Shown here in pieces: positions 11,880 to 25,924 of a stretch of DNA of 64,000 bases; within the stretch, counting starts at the first letter, position 1, and each line of letters starts with the position of its first letter. Position numbers and translations under genes: made by a program. The stretch lies in the NCBI GenBank assembly GCA_951406725.2, contig OX597822.1, positions 40,858,001 to 40,922,000 of the forward strand, read 5' to 3'. The notes beneath the pieces were generated by a model that did no database searches, was not told the DNA's origin, and saw nothing but the letters and a program-made list of their open reading frames with translations. The DNA is from Octopus vulgaris. Its lineage: Eukaryota.

Positions 11880-12052
11880 ACGATGGGATTCTTTCAGTTT
11901 TCGTCTACCAAATCCACTCACAAGGTTATGGTCGGCCCGAAACTATATTAAAAGACACCTGTCCAAAGTACCACCTAGTGAGATTGAACCCGGAACCAAG
12001 TGGCTGAAAAACCACACCGTGGCTGAAAAACCACACAGCCATGCCTGCCCCT
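11880..12052 (-). mobile_element. SINE family A 5' part
   Basis: tttcagttttcgtctaccaaatccactcacaagg...ccacacagcc, the family consensus. Confidence 0.7.
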
Positions 12053-12387
12053 GATTATATATGTATGAATGTTCTCTTCGATTTTTTTTTATTGTTTATA
12101 AGGAAGAAGTTGGCTTCTACCAAAGATACAAAGCTCCAGGACTGGAATGTAGACAACAAAAGTATCACGTGTTGAACTTGAAAAATGTCTTACATATTTT
12201 TACGGTTCCTCTTACAGACTCTCTTTATAATGTGCGTCTTAGCGTGTTGATTTCTTTTTCTGGAAACCTCAGCATTTCCAGATTGTCACTTTGGTTTTTA
12301 CTTCCTAAAACCAGGTGCATTAATTACTATTGATATAAATGTGAATTTATAATCTGGATATAGAAACTGGAGGTGAGTAATATTCGT

Positions 12388-12998
12388 TTCTACTCAAGGC
12401 AAAAGGCACGAAATTTTGGGGGAGGGGCCAGTAGATTAGATCTACCCCAGTACGCAACTGGTACTTGATTTATCGACCTCAAAAAGATGAAAGGCAAAGT
12501 CGACCTCGGAGGAATTTGAACTCAGAACGTAAAAACAGACGAAATACCGCTAAGCATTTTACCTAACGTGCTAACGTTTCTTATTTCTTTATTGCCCACA
12601 GGGGGCTAAACATAGAGGGGGGAAACAAGGACAAACAAAGAGATTAAGTCGATTACATCGACCCCAGTGTGTAACTGGTACTTAATTAATCGACCCCGAA
12701 AGGATGAAAAGCAAAGTCGACCTCGGCGGAATTTGAACTCAGAACTTAACAGTAGACGAAATGCCTATTTCTTTAATACCCACAAGAGGCTAAACACAGA
12801 GAGGACAAAACAAGGACAGACAAACGGATTAAGTTGATTACATCGACTCCAGTGCGTAACTTGTATTTAATTTATCGACCTCGAGAGGATGAAAGGCAAA
12901 GTCGACCACGGTGGAATTTGAAATCAGAACGTAATGGCAGACGAAATACGGCTACGCATTTCACCCGGCGTGCTAACGTTTCTGCCAGCTCGCCGCCT
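12388..12998 (-). mobile_element. Tandem array (~3 units) of SINE family B (tRNA-derived head, Nin/Deu-like core; OK-like)
   Basis: Repeated atcgaccccgaaaggatgaaaggcaaagtcgacctcggcggaatttgaactcagaac; head ggcggcgagctggcagaaacgttagcacg at ~12997. Confidence 0.8.
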
Positions 12999-13088
12999 TG
13001 GAGGTGAGTAATCTTAAAGCATGTAAATATTAGCATACGTATGTGTCCCAACATGCATGTTATTGCAGGAATGGGTATGTATGTTGAG

Positions 13089-13137
<49 letters not shown>

Positions 13138-13247
13138 TGGGTTTGTGGGTAGGTAGGTAGGTAGGTAGGTAGGTAGGTAGGTAGTAGGTAGGTAGATAGA
13201 TAGACAGATAGGCAGACAGACAGATAGATAGATAGATAGACATACAT

Positions 13248-13346
<99 letters not shown>

Positions 13347-13689
13347 TAATTGTATGCATGTCTGCTCCTAGCTATATGCACTTACTATATGCTAATGTCT
13401 TTGCACGTTTTCACTGTCCTTTTGATGATTTATAGCTATAATTTCCTGAGTCACCGTATCCCTTCTGGTTTTTGCGAGACAATTACTCGTATATCCATGT
13501 GTCCCAATAATTACTGATATAAATTTAAAGTTTTATGGTCAGGTCAGTGTGTTAGCAAATTTCTCATTAGTTCAGCCTAGATAATTTCTTTTCCCTTAAT
13601 TTATAACATACCGTTAATAACTACTGGTAATTGATTCCACTATTGTATACACTCTCTTTCTTCGTTCTCAGATCATTATATTTGATCTA

Positions 13690-14256
13690 TTGGGTTGTCC
13701 GGTAAGTTTGTGCCGATTTATAGTAGCTTACCTTTTGACTTATTTTTAGAACATGGTTGAGTCCATAAAATAGGATTTGACTACACCTCCGATTAACGCA
13801 CAGTTTAAGCTATCTTTTCGTGGAAAAAGATTTATGTTCCTATAACCTGTGTTAATTCTGTAACCCTTTAAAATGCAAGATAAGAGAGTTCATTTTCGGC
13901 ACTTGATGCTTTGGGAACCAGACAAAAATTGCTGCAGCTCGGCTGGGATGTATTACCCCACCCACCATATTCACCAGATATTGCTCCTTCGGATTTCCAC
14001 TTATTCAGGTCTCTGCAGAATAGTCTTAATTGTAAAAATCTCAATTGCTTGGATGGCGTAAAAAGATACCTTGATGAATTCTTTGCTATGAAACCACCTC
14101 AGTTCTGGAAAGAGGGTATTTTCAAGTTAAAGGAAAGATGGAGACGCATTGTGCAACAAAATGGTTCATATTTGATTGATTAAAAATGTAACGGCGAGTA
14201 TTTATTGGCCTTTTTCTTTCCTTTAAAAATCGGCACGAACTTTCCGGACAGCCCAA
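13690..14256 (+). mobile_element. Internally deleted mariner element
   Basis: TIRs ttgggttgtccggtaagtttgtgccgattt / aaatcggcacgaactttccggacagcccaa with TA flanks; N-term MQDKRVHFRH fused to C-term HPPYSPDIAPSDFHLF..NGSY. Confidence 0.92.
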
Positions 14257-14736
14257 TATTACGTCTACAGTTTACTGAGGTCTTAACAAAAAACACTTCT
14301 TCAATATTCTTTCTTACTATGAGTGATTATGTACGTTGTTCTACTTTTATTTTCTCACCTCTCCTTTCAATGAATTGCATTGTATAATGTTTTAACCTCG
14401 ATGTTACACCTAAGAGGTAGATGGCATCGTTTTGGCATTCTTATCCTGTAGCTTATTCTGGTCTCTCTTAACCAGAAATGGCCTAAACTCTTTGCATGAA
14501 CACCTTCCCTGTACATAACTCCATGTCCCCCTACATGGCCTTGCATTTTGCTTTTTGAGCCAAAAAATTAACTTAACTTAACTTATAATGTAGGTAGTAT
14601 TTTCAGGATTTATTCTATACCGACACCATTTTTTGAGTGAGCAACGTATGTATCTTGTTGCTATTTCTTCGGACTGGTTAGCAAAAGTATGCCAGCCCTA
14701 GGGATCTGTGAATATGCAACGAAGTTAAAGCGTACA

Positions 14737-14768
<32 letters not shown>

Positions 14769-14814
14769 CACACACATGCACGCACACACATATTTATATA
14801 GGTGTATGGGCAGT

Positions 14815-15000
14815 GGGAGCACGCGGCTTAGTGGTTAGGGTGTTGGACTCATGATCGTAAGACTGTGGTTTCGAATCCTGGAACGTGTGACTTGTGTTCT
14901 TGAGCAAAACACTTCATTTCTCGCTGCTCCAGTCCATTCAGCTGGAAGCAATGAATAATCATGCAACGGACCGGGGTCCCGTCCACTTGAGGAATATATG
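14815..15000 (+). mobile_element. tRNA-derived SINE (family C)
   Basis: Box A ggcttagtggttagg, box B ggtttcgaatcc, then ttcttgagcaaaacacttcatttc core. Confidence 0.7.
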
Positions 15001-15124
15001 ACTTGTGTAGGAACCTTTTTTTTTCATGTAGGGATATATCTCAGCTTATGTATTAGGTATATATGTTTCTGTAGTACACGGATGTGTGTGGTTACTGTTG
15101 ATATATGAATGTGTATACCATATG

Positions 15125-15365
15125 GGGGGACAAACACAGGCACACAAACATATACACACACATACACACACACACACATACATATATATATACATACATA
15201 CGACGGGCTTCTTTCTGTTTCCGTCTACCAAATCCACTCACAAGGCTTTGGTCAGCCCGAGGCTATAGTAGAAGACACTTGCCCAAGGTGCCACGCAGTG
15301 GGACTGAACCCAGAACCATGTGTTTGGGAAGCAAGCTACTTACCACACAGCCACTCCTGCACCTG
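15125..15365 (-). mobile_element. SINE family A
   Basis: Head caggagtggctgtgtggtaagtagcttgcttcc..ggttcagtccc on minus. Confidence 0.8.
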
Positions 15366-16895
15366 AATTAACTTAAAACACGGCTGTGTATATATGAGCA
15401 TGGGTGGTATATTTATCAGAATGAGGGTGAGTGTGTATGCGTCTGTTTGTGAATGTGTATATGTGTGTATATGTATGTGAATGTGTATATGCCTGTGGTT
15501 GTGTATGTGTGCGAGTGATTGCGTATGTGTGTAAGTACGAGACAATATGTGTATGTGCGTGCGTGTATGGGTGTGTTTGTTTGCGCGTGCTTGAGTGTGT
15601 ATGTGTGTCTATGTGTGTATGTGAATGTTCGCGCATGTATGTATGCATGTATGTATTTATGTATATATGTATGTATTTATGTATGTATGTATTTACGTAT
15701 GAATGTATTTACTTATGTATGTATGCATTTACGTATGTATGTATTTACGTATGTATGTATATATATATTTACGCATGTATGTATGTATCGATTTACGTAT
15801 GTATGTATGTATGTATTTACGTATGTATGTATGTATTTATGTATGTATATATGTATTTACATATGTATATATGTATTTACGTATGTATATATGTATTTAC
15901 GTATGTATATATGTATGTATGTATGTATGTATTTACGTATGTATATATGTATATACATATGTATATATGTATGTATGTATGTATGTATGTGTATATGTGT
16001 GTATGTATGTATGTATGTATGTATGTATGTATTCGCGCGCATGTGTGTATACGACGAAACAATACACTTTGAAAAGCGAAAACACAAATCTACATTAAGC
16101 AAATTCATTAACATGAAGCTTTTCGGAAACAATTAGTACTTTTCTATTAAGCCTTTATTAATAATCCAGCTTTTCACAGGCATTCCTAAACACAGTCCAC
16201 CAGAACTGGGGCCTTTCACTAAAACTAACGGAGCATTCACCAAGATCCACCCTGCGTCTCTCATAAACTCATTGCAACCTTTCTTTGAATAAAATGACGC
16301 TTAAAGATCAAAACTTCTCTCAATTTATTGGTGCAGAAAGCCACCATTCACTCAGAAATCATTCACTCAGAAAGTCCCTCATAAACTCACGCCTACATAC
16401 GCCTCAGTACTCCCTTATACTCTCCATATATGAGCCAATGAGGGCGACTCTGTATAAGGGTTGGTAGATGTGCTAGAAATAGCAGCCGAATTTCCTTCAA
16501 AGCACAGCCTGGATAGCCATAGTTTGGGACGTCTTTGATGATAGATCGACAGAAACAAGATTGGCGTGTTAGATATAGCAACCAAATCTCCTGTTATTCC
16601 GTCTACGGTCTTAAATAAGATAATGTATTCCTGAGTTTTCTGGATTTAGAGAAAAGACTGGATAGTCACAATTGGGCTGTACCGATCATGGAACTACAAG
16701 AAAACACTGACGTGCTAGAAATAGCAACCAAATCTTCCTCAAATCATACTCCACTGTCTTAAATTTTATGTATTTTGCATAAAAAGACTGGATTGTCAGA
16801 TAATATAGTTCTGTCTTTAAGAGATGAGGAATTATGTACATTATTTACGTTATTTACATTTGACAGATTTTTTTTCTTTATTTTGTTTGTTGTTA

Positions 16896-16938
16896 ACACA
16901 ACGTTTCGGCTGATATACCCTCCAGCTTCGTCAGGTGT
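16896..16938 (-). ncRNA. Minimal type I hammerhead motif
   Basis: acac-CTGACGA-agctgg agggtata tcagcc-GAAAC-GTT-gtgt. Confidence 0.7.
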
Positions 16939-17202
16939 ATTGGGGAAATTTCGAACCTGTGTTCTCATTCCTAAGAAGAGGAAGAGGGAGAAAAAAGAAG
17001 AAAACGAAAACGAGAGGAAGAAGAAATGGAAGAAGAAGAGGGGAGGAAGAGAAAGAGGCATAATGGTTAAGAGCGCGGGCTACGAACCCCAATATTCCGA
17101 ATTCGATTCCAAGCAGTGACCTGAAAACTAATAATAATAATAATAATAATAATAACATCGAAAAATACCTTAATGAGAACCCAAGTTCGAAATTTCCCCA
17201 AG

Positions 17203-17246
17203 ACACCTGATGAAGGCTGGAGGGTATATCAGCCGAAATGTTGTGT
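17203..17246 (+). ncRNA. Minimal type I hammerhead motif
   Basis: acac-CTGATGA-aggctgg agggtata tcagcc-GAAAT-GTT-gtgt. Confidence 0.65.
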
Positions 17247-17549
17247 TAACAACAAACAAGATGAGGACAAATATCTGTCAAAATAAATAATGGATTGTCA
17301 GAGTGCCTTGCTCAAGAACACAACACGCAGCCCGGTCCGGGATTCGAGCTCACAACCTCACGATCGTAATGGATTGTCAGAGTTGGGATGTCTTAATGAT
17401 GGATCTACAGAAACGAGACTGACATGCTCAATGGAGGTCATTTGACCCGTTTCAAATAGTGACAAAATTATTTTTCCAATTATGTTACTACCATTTTTAA
17501 AAAGGAGGGATGCTCATGACTGAAACGTCTATGATAATAGGTCTACTAG

Positions 17550-17700
17550 AAAGCGTGTGGCCGAGTGGTTAGGGCGTTGCAGTTTCGATTCCCTGACTGG
17601 CTGTGCATTGTGGTTTTGAGCAAAGCACTTCATTTCACGTTGCTTCAGCCCATTCGGCTGTAAATGTGTCACCCTGCGACGGATTAGCGTCCAAGGGTGG
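17550..17700 (+). mobile_element. tRNA-derived SINE family C
   Basis: gtggccgagtggttagg..tttcgattcc..ttgagcaaagcacttcatttcac. Confidence 0.65.
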
Positions 17701-17777
17701 AACGGTACGGATTAGCGTCCAAGGGTGGAACGGTACGGATTAGCGTCCAAGGGTGGAACGGTACGGATTAGCGTCCA
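17679..17777. repeat. 28-bp minisatellite, ~3.5 copies
   Basis: acggattagcgtccaagggtggaacggt repeated without spacers. Confidence 0.9.
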
Positions 17778-17915
17778 TGGGTGGGATGGTGACTCAAGAA
17801 AAATCGCACAAACGGATATGATCTCGTGAGCCCCGTTTTCATCGATAGGATGAAGAGCACAACCAGTACTCTGAATCCCGATTGGTTTGGATTGGTTGTT
17901 CATCAACGTCGAAGT

Positions 17916-18855
17916 TTCTTCTTCTTCTTCTTCTTCTTCTTCTTCTTCTTCTTCTTCTTCTTCTTCTTCTTCTTCTTCCCCTCCTCAATTTTTCTTCTTC
18001 TTCCTCTCTTCCTCTTCTACTGCCTCCCCTCTTTCTCTTCTTTCACCTCCTTTTCCCATTTCTCTTCTTCCTCTTCCCCTCCTCATCTTTCCTCTCCTTC
18101 CTCTTTCCTCTCCTTCCTCTTTCCTCTCCTTCCTCTTTCCTCTCCTTCCTCTTTCCTCTCCTTCCTCTTTCCTCTCCTCTTCCTTCCTCTTCTTCCCCCT
18201 CCTCTTCCTTCTTCCTTCTTCCTTCTTCTTCATCCTCTTCCCCTCCTCCCCTCCTCTCCTTTCCTCCACTCCCCTCTGCCTCTCCTCCTCTTCCCCTCCT
18301 CTTCTTCTCCTCTTTCTCCTCTTCTTACTCCTGCTACTTGATCAGGATTGACCAACAATTAAACAGCAGCAAAATGTTGGGTTCTCCGTCGGTTTCGGCG
18401 ACGTGCATTCATTCATTCATTTGACCAACTGAATTGCTGCTCGTGAAATCATTTTGGAATTGGCTGGGTGTTCCAAAGACAAGGTTACCGTTAATTCTCA
18501 GGAAGAATTAGTACGACACACGGCGTCTGACAAGCGTCGGTCACATGCAGAACAGAGACAGAGAAAGAGAGAGGGGGGGAACGGCGCGAAAAAAGGGGGT
18601 TAAAGGCAGAAGTGATCCCTGTATGATTCTGGTGCTTATCGACTTCAAAAGGTTCAAAGGTAGTGTTGACTTCGGTGGTATTTGAACCCAGAAAGTCGGG
18701 ACAAAAATTGCATCACAGTCTACCGAGGCACAAACCACTGAACCGATTCGCTAAAACAACAACAATAACAAGAACAACAACACTAAGACGAAACCAGGCC
18801 AGATATAAACTCAACAATCTGATTAACAACACACAGTATGTAGTAGTAGTGGTAT

Positions 18856-18900
<45 letters not shown>

Positions 18901-19109
18901 CAGTAGTAGTAGTAGTAGTGGTAGTAGTAGTAGTAGTAGTAGTAGTGCTGGTGGTGATGATGTTGGTAGTCGTAAAAGTGGTAGTAAAATCAGCAATAGT
19001 AGTTGCAGCAGTAGTAGTTTTGGCAGCAGTAGTAGTAGCAGTAGTAGTAGCAGTAGCTGCAGCAGTTAGCTGCAGCAGTTGTAGAAGTAGTAGTAGTAGT
19101 AGCAGCAAC

Positions 19110-19152
<43 letters not shown>

Positions 19153-19201
19153 TTGGCAGCAGTAGTAGTAAGAGTAGTAGGTGGTGGTGGTAGTGGTGGT
19201 G

Positions 19202-19235
<34 letters not shown>

Positions 19236-19357
19236 GTGGTGGTGGTGGTAGTGATTATGATAGTGGTGACAATGATGGTGATAGTGGTTATATGTGCAAT
19301 GGTGATAGTTATGTTGGGGTAAGTGCTGCTACTGCTGCAGATAGTAGAGATAATGAA

Positions 19358-19402
<45 letters not shown>

Positions 19403-19810
19403 TACGACGATGGGGACGGTGGTGGTGGTGGTCCCGGCAGTGATCGTTGTTATTAATGTTGTTGTTGTGTTGCTGTTGTTGTTGGGAGTGGTGGTGGTGT
19501 TATGGTGGTAGTGGTCGTTTTCATCTCGTAGTAGTCGTAGTAGCAGTAGTTATTGGTGGTTGTGGTGGTCGCGGTAGTAGTAGTAGTAGTAGTAGTTGGT
19601 GGCGGTGGTGGAGGTGGTAGTAGCGGCGGTGGTGATGGTGGTGGAGGTGGTGGCAGTGGTGGTGGAGGTGGTGGTGATGGTGGTGGTGGCAGTGGTGGTG
19701 GAGGTGGCGTTGGTTGGTGGTGGTGGTGGTGGTGGTGTGGTGGTGATGGTGGTGATGGTGGTGGTGGTGGCGGCGGCGGTTGTGCAAACCAAAATGGTGG
19801 GCGGTGGTGT
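17916..19810. repeat. Trinucleotide and polypyrimidine low-complexity blocks (CTT, GTA, GGT, GAT) with short unique spacers
   Basis: Directly visible. Confidence 0.85.
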
Positions 19811-19930
19811 GTATGCTAGAGGGGGAGGCGATGGGGCAAGGGTGGGGGAGAGGTGATGCCGAGTGAAAAATTACCAAGAGAACGGGAGAAATAAAATGAA
19901 GCTTTTGCTGCGATTAACTTGCTATTCCAG

Positions 19931-20071
19931 GTTGGCTATTTCACGCTCTATGACAACAACAGTCGGGTGGGGACTAACGGGTGCTGTGTCGGCAGGGTGG
20001 GGGCAAGGACGGCGAAATGGCTTTTGCAGAACTTAACTCGCACTGTGTCGTAGACTGGGGAAATACCTCGG
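19931..20071 (+). other. Possible host exon (5' UTR plus start MAFAELNSHCVVDWGNTS)
   Basis: Acceptor-like ttaactttgctattccag, donor G|gtaagt, ATG at 20017 in gaaATGG; unique GC-richer sequence. Confidence 0.25.
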
Positions 20072-20288
20072 GTAAGTTTGTGTGTGAGAGATGTGTGAGA
20101 GAGAGAGCGAGAGAGAGAGAGAGAAAGAGAAAGAGAGAGAAGATGAAGAGAGAGATGAAAGGAGAAGGAGGAGGGGTGATGAGGAGAAGGAGAAAGAAAG
20201 AGAAAGAAAGAGTAAGAGAGAAGAGAGAGAGGTACACCAGTCATTTCAGTTTACATAATGGCGTCATTTTAAGCGTGGAACATTATAA

Positions 20289-20450
<162 letters not shown>

Positions 20451-20650
20451 GTATGTATAAGTATATATGTATATGTATATAGATATAGATATATATATGT
20501 CTATATATATATATACACACACATACATACACATACATATGTTCACACATGTATGCACACACACATACCTACACCCGTACGTATATCTATAACGGTTATA
20601 ATTTTTAAATATAAATTCCACATGGGCCCGTACTAATAAATTTAAATGTC

Positions 20651-20701
<51 letters not shown>

Positions 20702-20834
20702 CGTGCGTACGTGTGTGCGTGCGTGTTTGTGCGTGTGTGTATGCGTGCGTGTATGTGTGTGTATGCGTGCGTGCGTACGTGTGTGTGTGTGTGTACGCGC
20801 GCGTGTATATGTGTGTATATATATTTATATTTTT

Positions 20835-21135
20835 TATTTTTATTTGTTTCAGTCATTTGACTGCGGCCATGCTGGAGCACCGACTTTCGTCGAACAAATC
20901 GACCGCAGGACTTACTTTTTGTAAGCCCAGTACTTATTCTATTGGTTCTCTTTTGCTGAACAGTTAAGTTACGGTGACGTAAACACACCAACATCGGTTG
21001 TCAAGCGATGGTGGAGAACAAACAGACATTATATATATACATACATACACAACAGGCTTCTTCCAGTTTCCGTCAACGAAATCCACTTAAGGCTTTGGTC
21101 GGCCTGAGACTATAGTAGAAGACACTTGCTCAAAG
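20835..21135 (-). mobile_element. SINE family A
   Basis: tttcagtcatttgactgcggccatgctggagcacc..., family consensus. Confidence 0.75.
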
Positions 21136-21296
21136 CGACGAAAATAATTTGACAAATTAAATTTAAGTGTTGAAATGAATCTAACGGTTTCTCTGTCTTT
21201 CTTAAATGGTTTATAAACACCTTCCACGCTGCAATTGTTTTCGTTCCAGCACACGATCTCAGATCAGGTCACTTGCTATGCAAGTACATCTCCATA

Positions 21297-21519
<223 letters not shown>

Positions 21520-22199
21520 TAAGAACTCTGATTTAGCTGTCTTTCGGTGGTGTTAAATGACATGATGAAGAATAAATGTCTCCCAAGATGGTTTATTTTA
21601 TTTTACTTATTTTTAACCATGAAGAAAGGGCTGTGTGCATAGGTACTTTACAGGTCTTCTGTGCCTTCTGGGAAAACGGGTGGATGTTTTCCTTAGACTG
21701 GAGACTGGTCGAAATAGCTGCAACACAGGGGGATTCACAAATGACACTCAGTAACTAAATCCATGTTCGACTGAGCGACATTTTAAGTCTACCACACGTA
21801 GGCCTCGAAGTAATTTAAACTCAGAACGCAAAAATCCGTAACAAGGTTTCTTCTCCGACATTCTCATGCGTTCGCTAGTTCACCGCTTTAGAAGGGTAAA
21901 TTATTTATCGACCGCCAAAGAGTCAACAGCAAAGCTGGCCTTAGCGAGATCTGAACTCAGAACGGAATCTGCTGGAATAAATATCTAAAGACATTTCGTC
22001 CTCCGCCTATCGACCCTGCGAATTCATCCATTATTATCCTATTCCGCAGCTATTGGTTGACCCGAAATACAAGGTATATCTATATCAGAAATACAGGGAG
22101 GCGCCTGGAACGTATTTGAATTCACATCCCAAGTGCTTGTAGCCCAAGATATATTTTCCACTTCATCGCATATTTCCCGAACAGTTTCAAGTTTAAGTT

Positions 22200-22475
22200 T
22201 CTATGTGGTTACTCAGTTTGATAGAAGTGTCGGCAAATTCTCCCTTTGTGTCTGTGTTTGTCCCCTGCCCCGCCCAGTCACCGCTTGAAAAACCGGTGTT
22301 GGTGTATTTACGTCCCAGTAAGTTATCGGTTCGGCAAAAGAGACCGATAGAATATGCACTAGGCTTTAAAAACAAATTTAGTACTGGGGTTTGATTTGTT
22401 TAACTAAAACCTTTCAAGGAGGTGCTCTAGCATGGCCACAGGCAAATGACCGAAACAAGTAAAAGAATAAAAGAA
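22200..22475 (+). mobile_element. SINE family A-related 3' part
   Basis: ggttcggcaaaagagaccgatagaat..ggtgctctagcatggccaca..gaaacaagtaaaagaat. Confidence 0.7.
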
Positions 22476-22569
22476 TATAATTATATATATATATCAGATA
22501 AATTCCTCTATTTACATAATATCGAGGTTTCTTTCATTCTTTTGTTGTCTTACCATTTCTATCAATATT

Positions 22570-22681
<112 letters not shown>

Positions 22682-23198
22682 TATACACACACTTAGCTGC
22701 CCTCTGTTGCAAGTGAGTGATGACCTGGTAGCACGCTTTCGCTAATTGCTTAAGGTACCTGAGTAATGGCAAGCAATCATACTCGCTCTCTTGGTCTTTC
22801 CATTACTGAGCCAGCAGACCAGTGCACATGTGACAGATGGAAGGAGAAAGGGTTGCACCAGCATTATCAACTGTTGCAAATGTTGCAACGCACCACCAGT
22901 TGCAGTAATCGAACACAAGACCTTATGACCTTCAGTCTTTTACCCTAACCACCTGACCACGAATCCTCACATACAAACACCAACACACCCGCACGCACAC
23001 ACGCGTAAATATCGAACAATGGGAATGAGTGCTCAACTCCACACTGGTGGATAAAATTTCTATATTCGTGTATTAAGGCTACCATTGGTTACATGTTTAG
23101 AAAATATCTTGATATCTTAAGAATTGTTCAAGCCGATCATATGGAGAAATGGTGCTTGTCTCCATTTTGAATGAAAACACCTGTATGCATGCATAGGC

Positions 23199-23261
<63 letters not shown>

Positions 23262-23270
23262 CAGATAGAC

Positions 23271-23313
<43 letters not shown>

Positions 23314-23330
23314 CAGACAGATAGATAGAC

Positions 23331-23403
<73 letters not shown>

Positions 23404-23738
23404 TACTGATTTCAAATTTTGGGCACCATGCCGGTAATTTTCGGGTGGGTATAAGTCGATCACATCAACCTCAGTGCTCAAACGGTGCTTATTTTCACGG
23501 ACTCCGAAAGGGATGAAGATCAAAGTCAACATGGGGAGAATTTGAGAAGGGGGGGGGGGGGGCAGAGAGGGAAAGAAAGATAGAAAGAAAAAAGAAAGAT
23601 AGAAAAAAAGAAAGAAAGAAAGAAAGAAGGAAAGAAAGAAATAAAGAGAAGCATGAGAGTGTATATCTATGTATGTGTACTCACATATTCTCACGTAGAC
23701 ACACAGACACACACATATGTGCTGCATATATATATATA

Positions 23739-23781
<43 letters not shown>

Positions 23782-24154
23782 TATATGTCTGAATGCATTG
23801 TCTCGTTCTCACTCTCCAATGCAACAACCTTCACATACTTTCGCATTCTTTATTCTTCAACTAAGAATTGCAATGTAATATAAGAGACATCAAAGATAAA
23901 TCGTGAGAATGCACGTGACATTCTGCAACCAATTCCAGTAATCAAAAATCAGATGAATATTTCTTTTTATTTTCTGTCTTTTGAGAGGAAATTCAGGCTG
24001 CCTAAAATTTCTAATTAATTACACAAATTCCCAATACTGTTCTTTGGTTCCACCTGAGACACGTCACTTCTTCAAGACTTTTCAACAATTGGGATCATTC
24101 ATGGGAAATGGCAACACGGCAAACGTTTTCTTCTATTTCCTCACCTTTTTTTTT

Positions 24155-24197
<43 letters not shown>

Positions 24198-24525
24198 TAA
24201 TAAATAAAATATATGCATACATACAAACATATATGTACGTACCGACATCTACATGTATATATACATGCATATATATATAAATATATGTACGTACAGGACA
24301 CCACAAAAAGACGTAAAACTCAACAGAAACGAAAACAGAAAAGCCATTTTGTTACAACAGAAGGACAGAGACGTGGAACAGGACGAGAACGAAAACGGGA
24401 AGAACATTATGTACAACAGAAAAACAAGGTACCGGACATGCTACACAAGGAAAAATCCCCTTCATCAGCTGTCACTAGTAGACTTAGCGTGTTTCGAAGG
24501 CAAGACAGGACACGACTCGTCAATA

Positions 24526-24598
<73 letters not shown>

Positions 24599-24869
24599 GC
24601 ACATATATATTTGTATATATATTTATATGTATATCTGTATATATGTATGCGAAATATTTCCATGCATTATAAGTTATCACCCCTCCACGCCAAAAAAGTG
24701 TCTTTAAAGAAATAGATTACCATATTTCTTCCAAAAAGATCTGTTTTAATCTGGAGGTTTGTTTAAGTTTTTTTTTGTTGTTGTTATGAATAAATTTAGT
24801 ATTCAAGAAAATTATTTTTCAAATATTGTGACTGCATCGAGGAATTTTTCAACAAATCATATATATATC

Positions 24870-24915
<46 letters not shown>

Positions 24916-25037
24916 CATACATATATATATATACACATACAATTCGTGTATATATATATATATATATATAATACAATATATGTGTGTCTATGTCTGTGTC
25001 TGTGTGTATTGCATTATATTAGGTTTATTACACACAC

Positions 25038-25110
<73 letters not shown>

Positions 25111-25112
25111 TA

Positions 25113-25173
<61 letters not shown>

Positions 25174-25186
25174 CAGATTAGACAGA

Positions 25187-25241
<55 letters not shown>

Positions 25242-25440
25242 TAAATTATAGATAAAACCTATACTATACTATACAGACACTAAACCGATTTTAATTAAGA
25301 CAAGAAGCTCGAACTTTTTCTTGGTCGTCAGACACATTAACCGAGCGGCCCGCAAATAGCGTTGAGGGTAACTGTGCTATTTTAGATTGTTCACACTGTA
25401 AATATCGGTGGTCACAGCTCGATTTTGTCTGATTTTTAGC

Positions 25441-25809
25441 TTATTACCGCCACCTTAGCGAAGGCGGAGGTATTGTTTTCAGTCGTGTTTGTTTGTTTGT
25501 CCATGGACAAGATATTTCAAAAAGCGCTGGATGGATTAGAATGAAACTTTTAGGGATGTTTGGTCTTATGACTGGCACGAAGTGATTAGATTTTGGGATT
25601 GATCCTGTGCCAGAGAAGAATTCTGGATTCTTTTTCCTGCTGTTTTATTTAATTTTCGAGAGCGGTCAGGTTCATTTTTAGTTTTCTCGATTGTGAGAGC
25701 AGTCGAGTTTATTTCAGATATTCTCATTTTAAAAATCATCTCCGGCTAATCGTTATGAGGACGCTGGTGCTGCCTTGGAGGAGGTTTGCGCTCTCTGGGT
25801 GCTCTTGTT
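25441..25809 (+). mobile_element. Non-autonomous Helentron/DINE-1-like (HINE) element
   Basis: 5' ccgccaccttagcgaaggcggagg hairpin/subTIR, (GTTT)n microsatellite, 3' ccttggaggagg subTIR, gcgctc..gggtgc stem-loop, T-rich ends. Confidence 0.65.
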
Positions 25810-25924
25810 TTGTTTAAATTTAGCTCCGTATTGATTCATGAGAAATAAAAAACTGAACCGCAGTGTCCCTTTACCTAAGTTTTGTGAACATTATGGTAAC
25901 GGTTTATCAATTGAATAAATGCAT

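Larger units (their letters stand above)
16801..17290. mobile_element. Inverted-repeat element with an HHR in each arm around a tRNA-like head
   Basis: 16861-16969 inverted at 17172-17280; tRNA-like ggcataatggttaagagc..ttcgattcc at ~17057-17115; flanked by tggattgtcaga direct repeats. Confidence 0.7.

Noticed and set aside
14815-14885. tRNA genes here and at 17057, 43136 and 63730
   Set aside because: A/B boxes present but no full cloverleaf; they continue into SINE bodies
17679-17777. CRISPR-like 28-bp repeats
   Set aside because: No spacers and eukaryotic context; simple minisatellite
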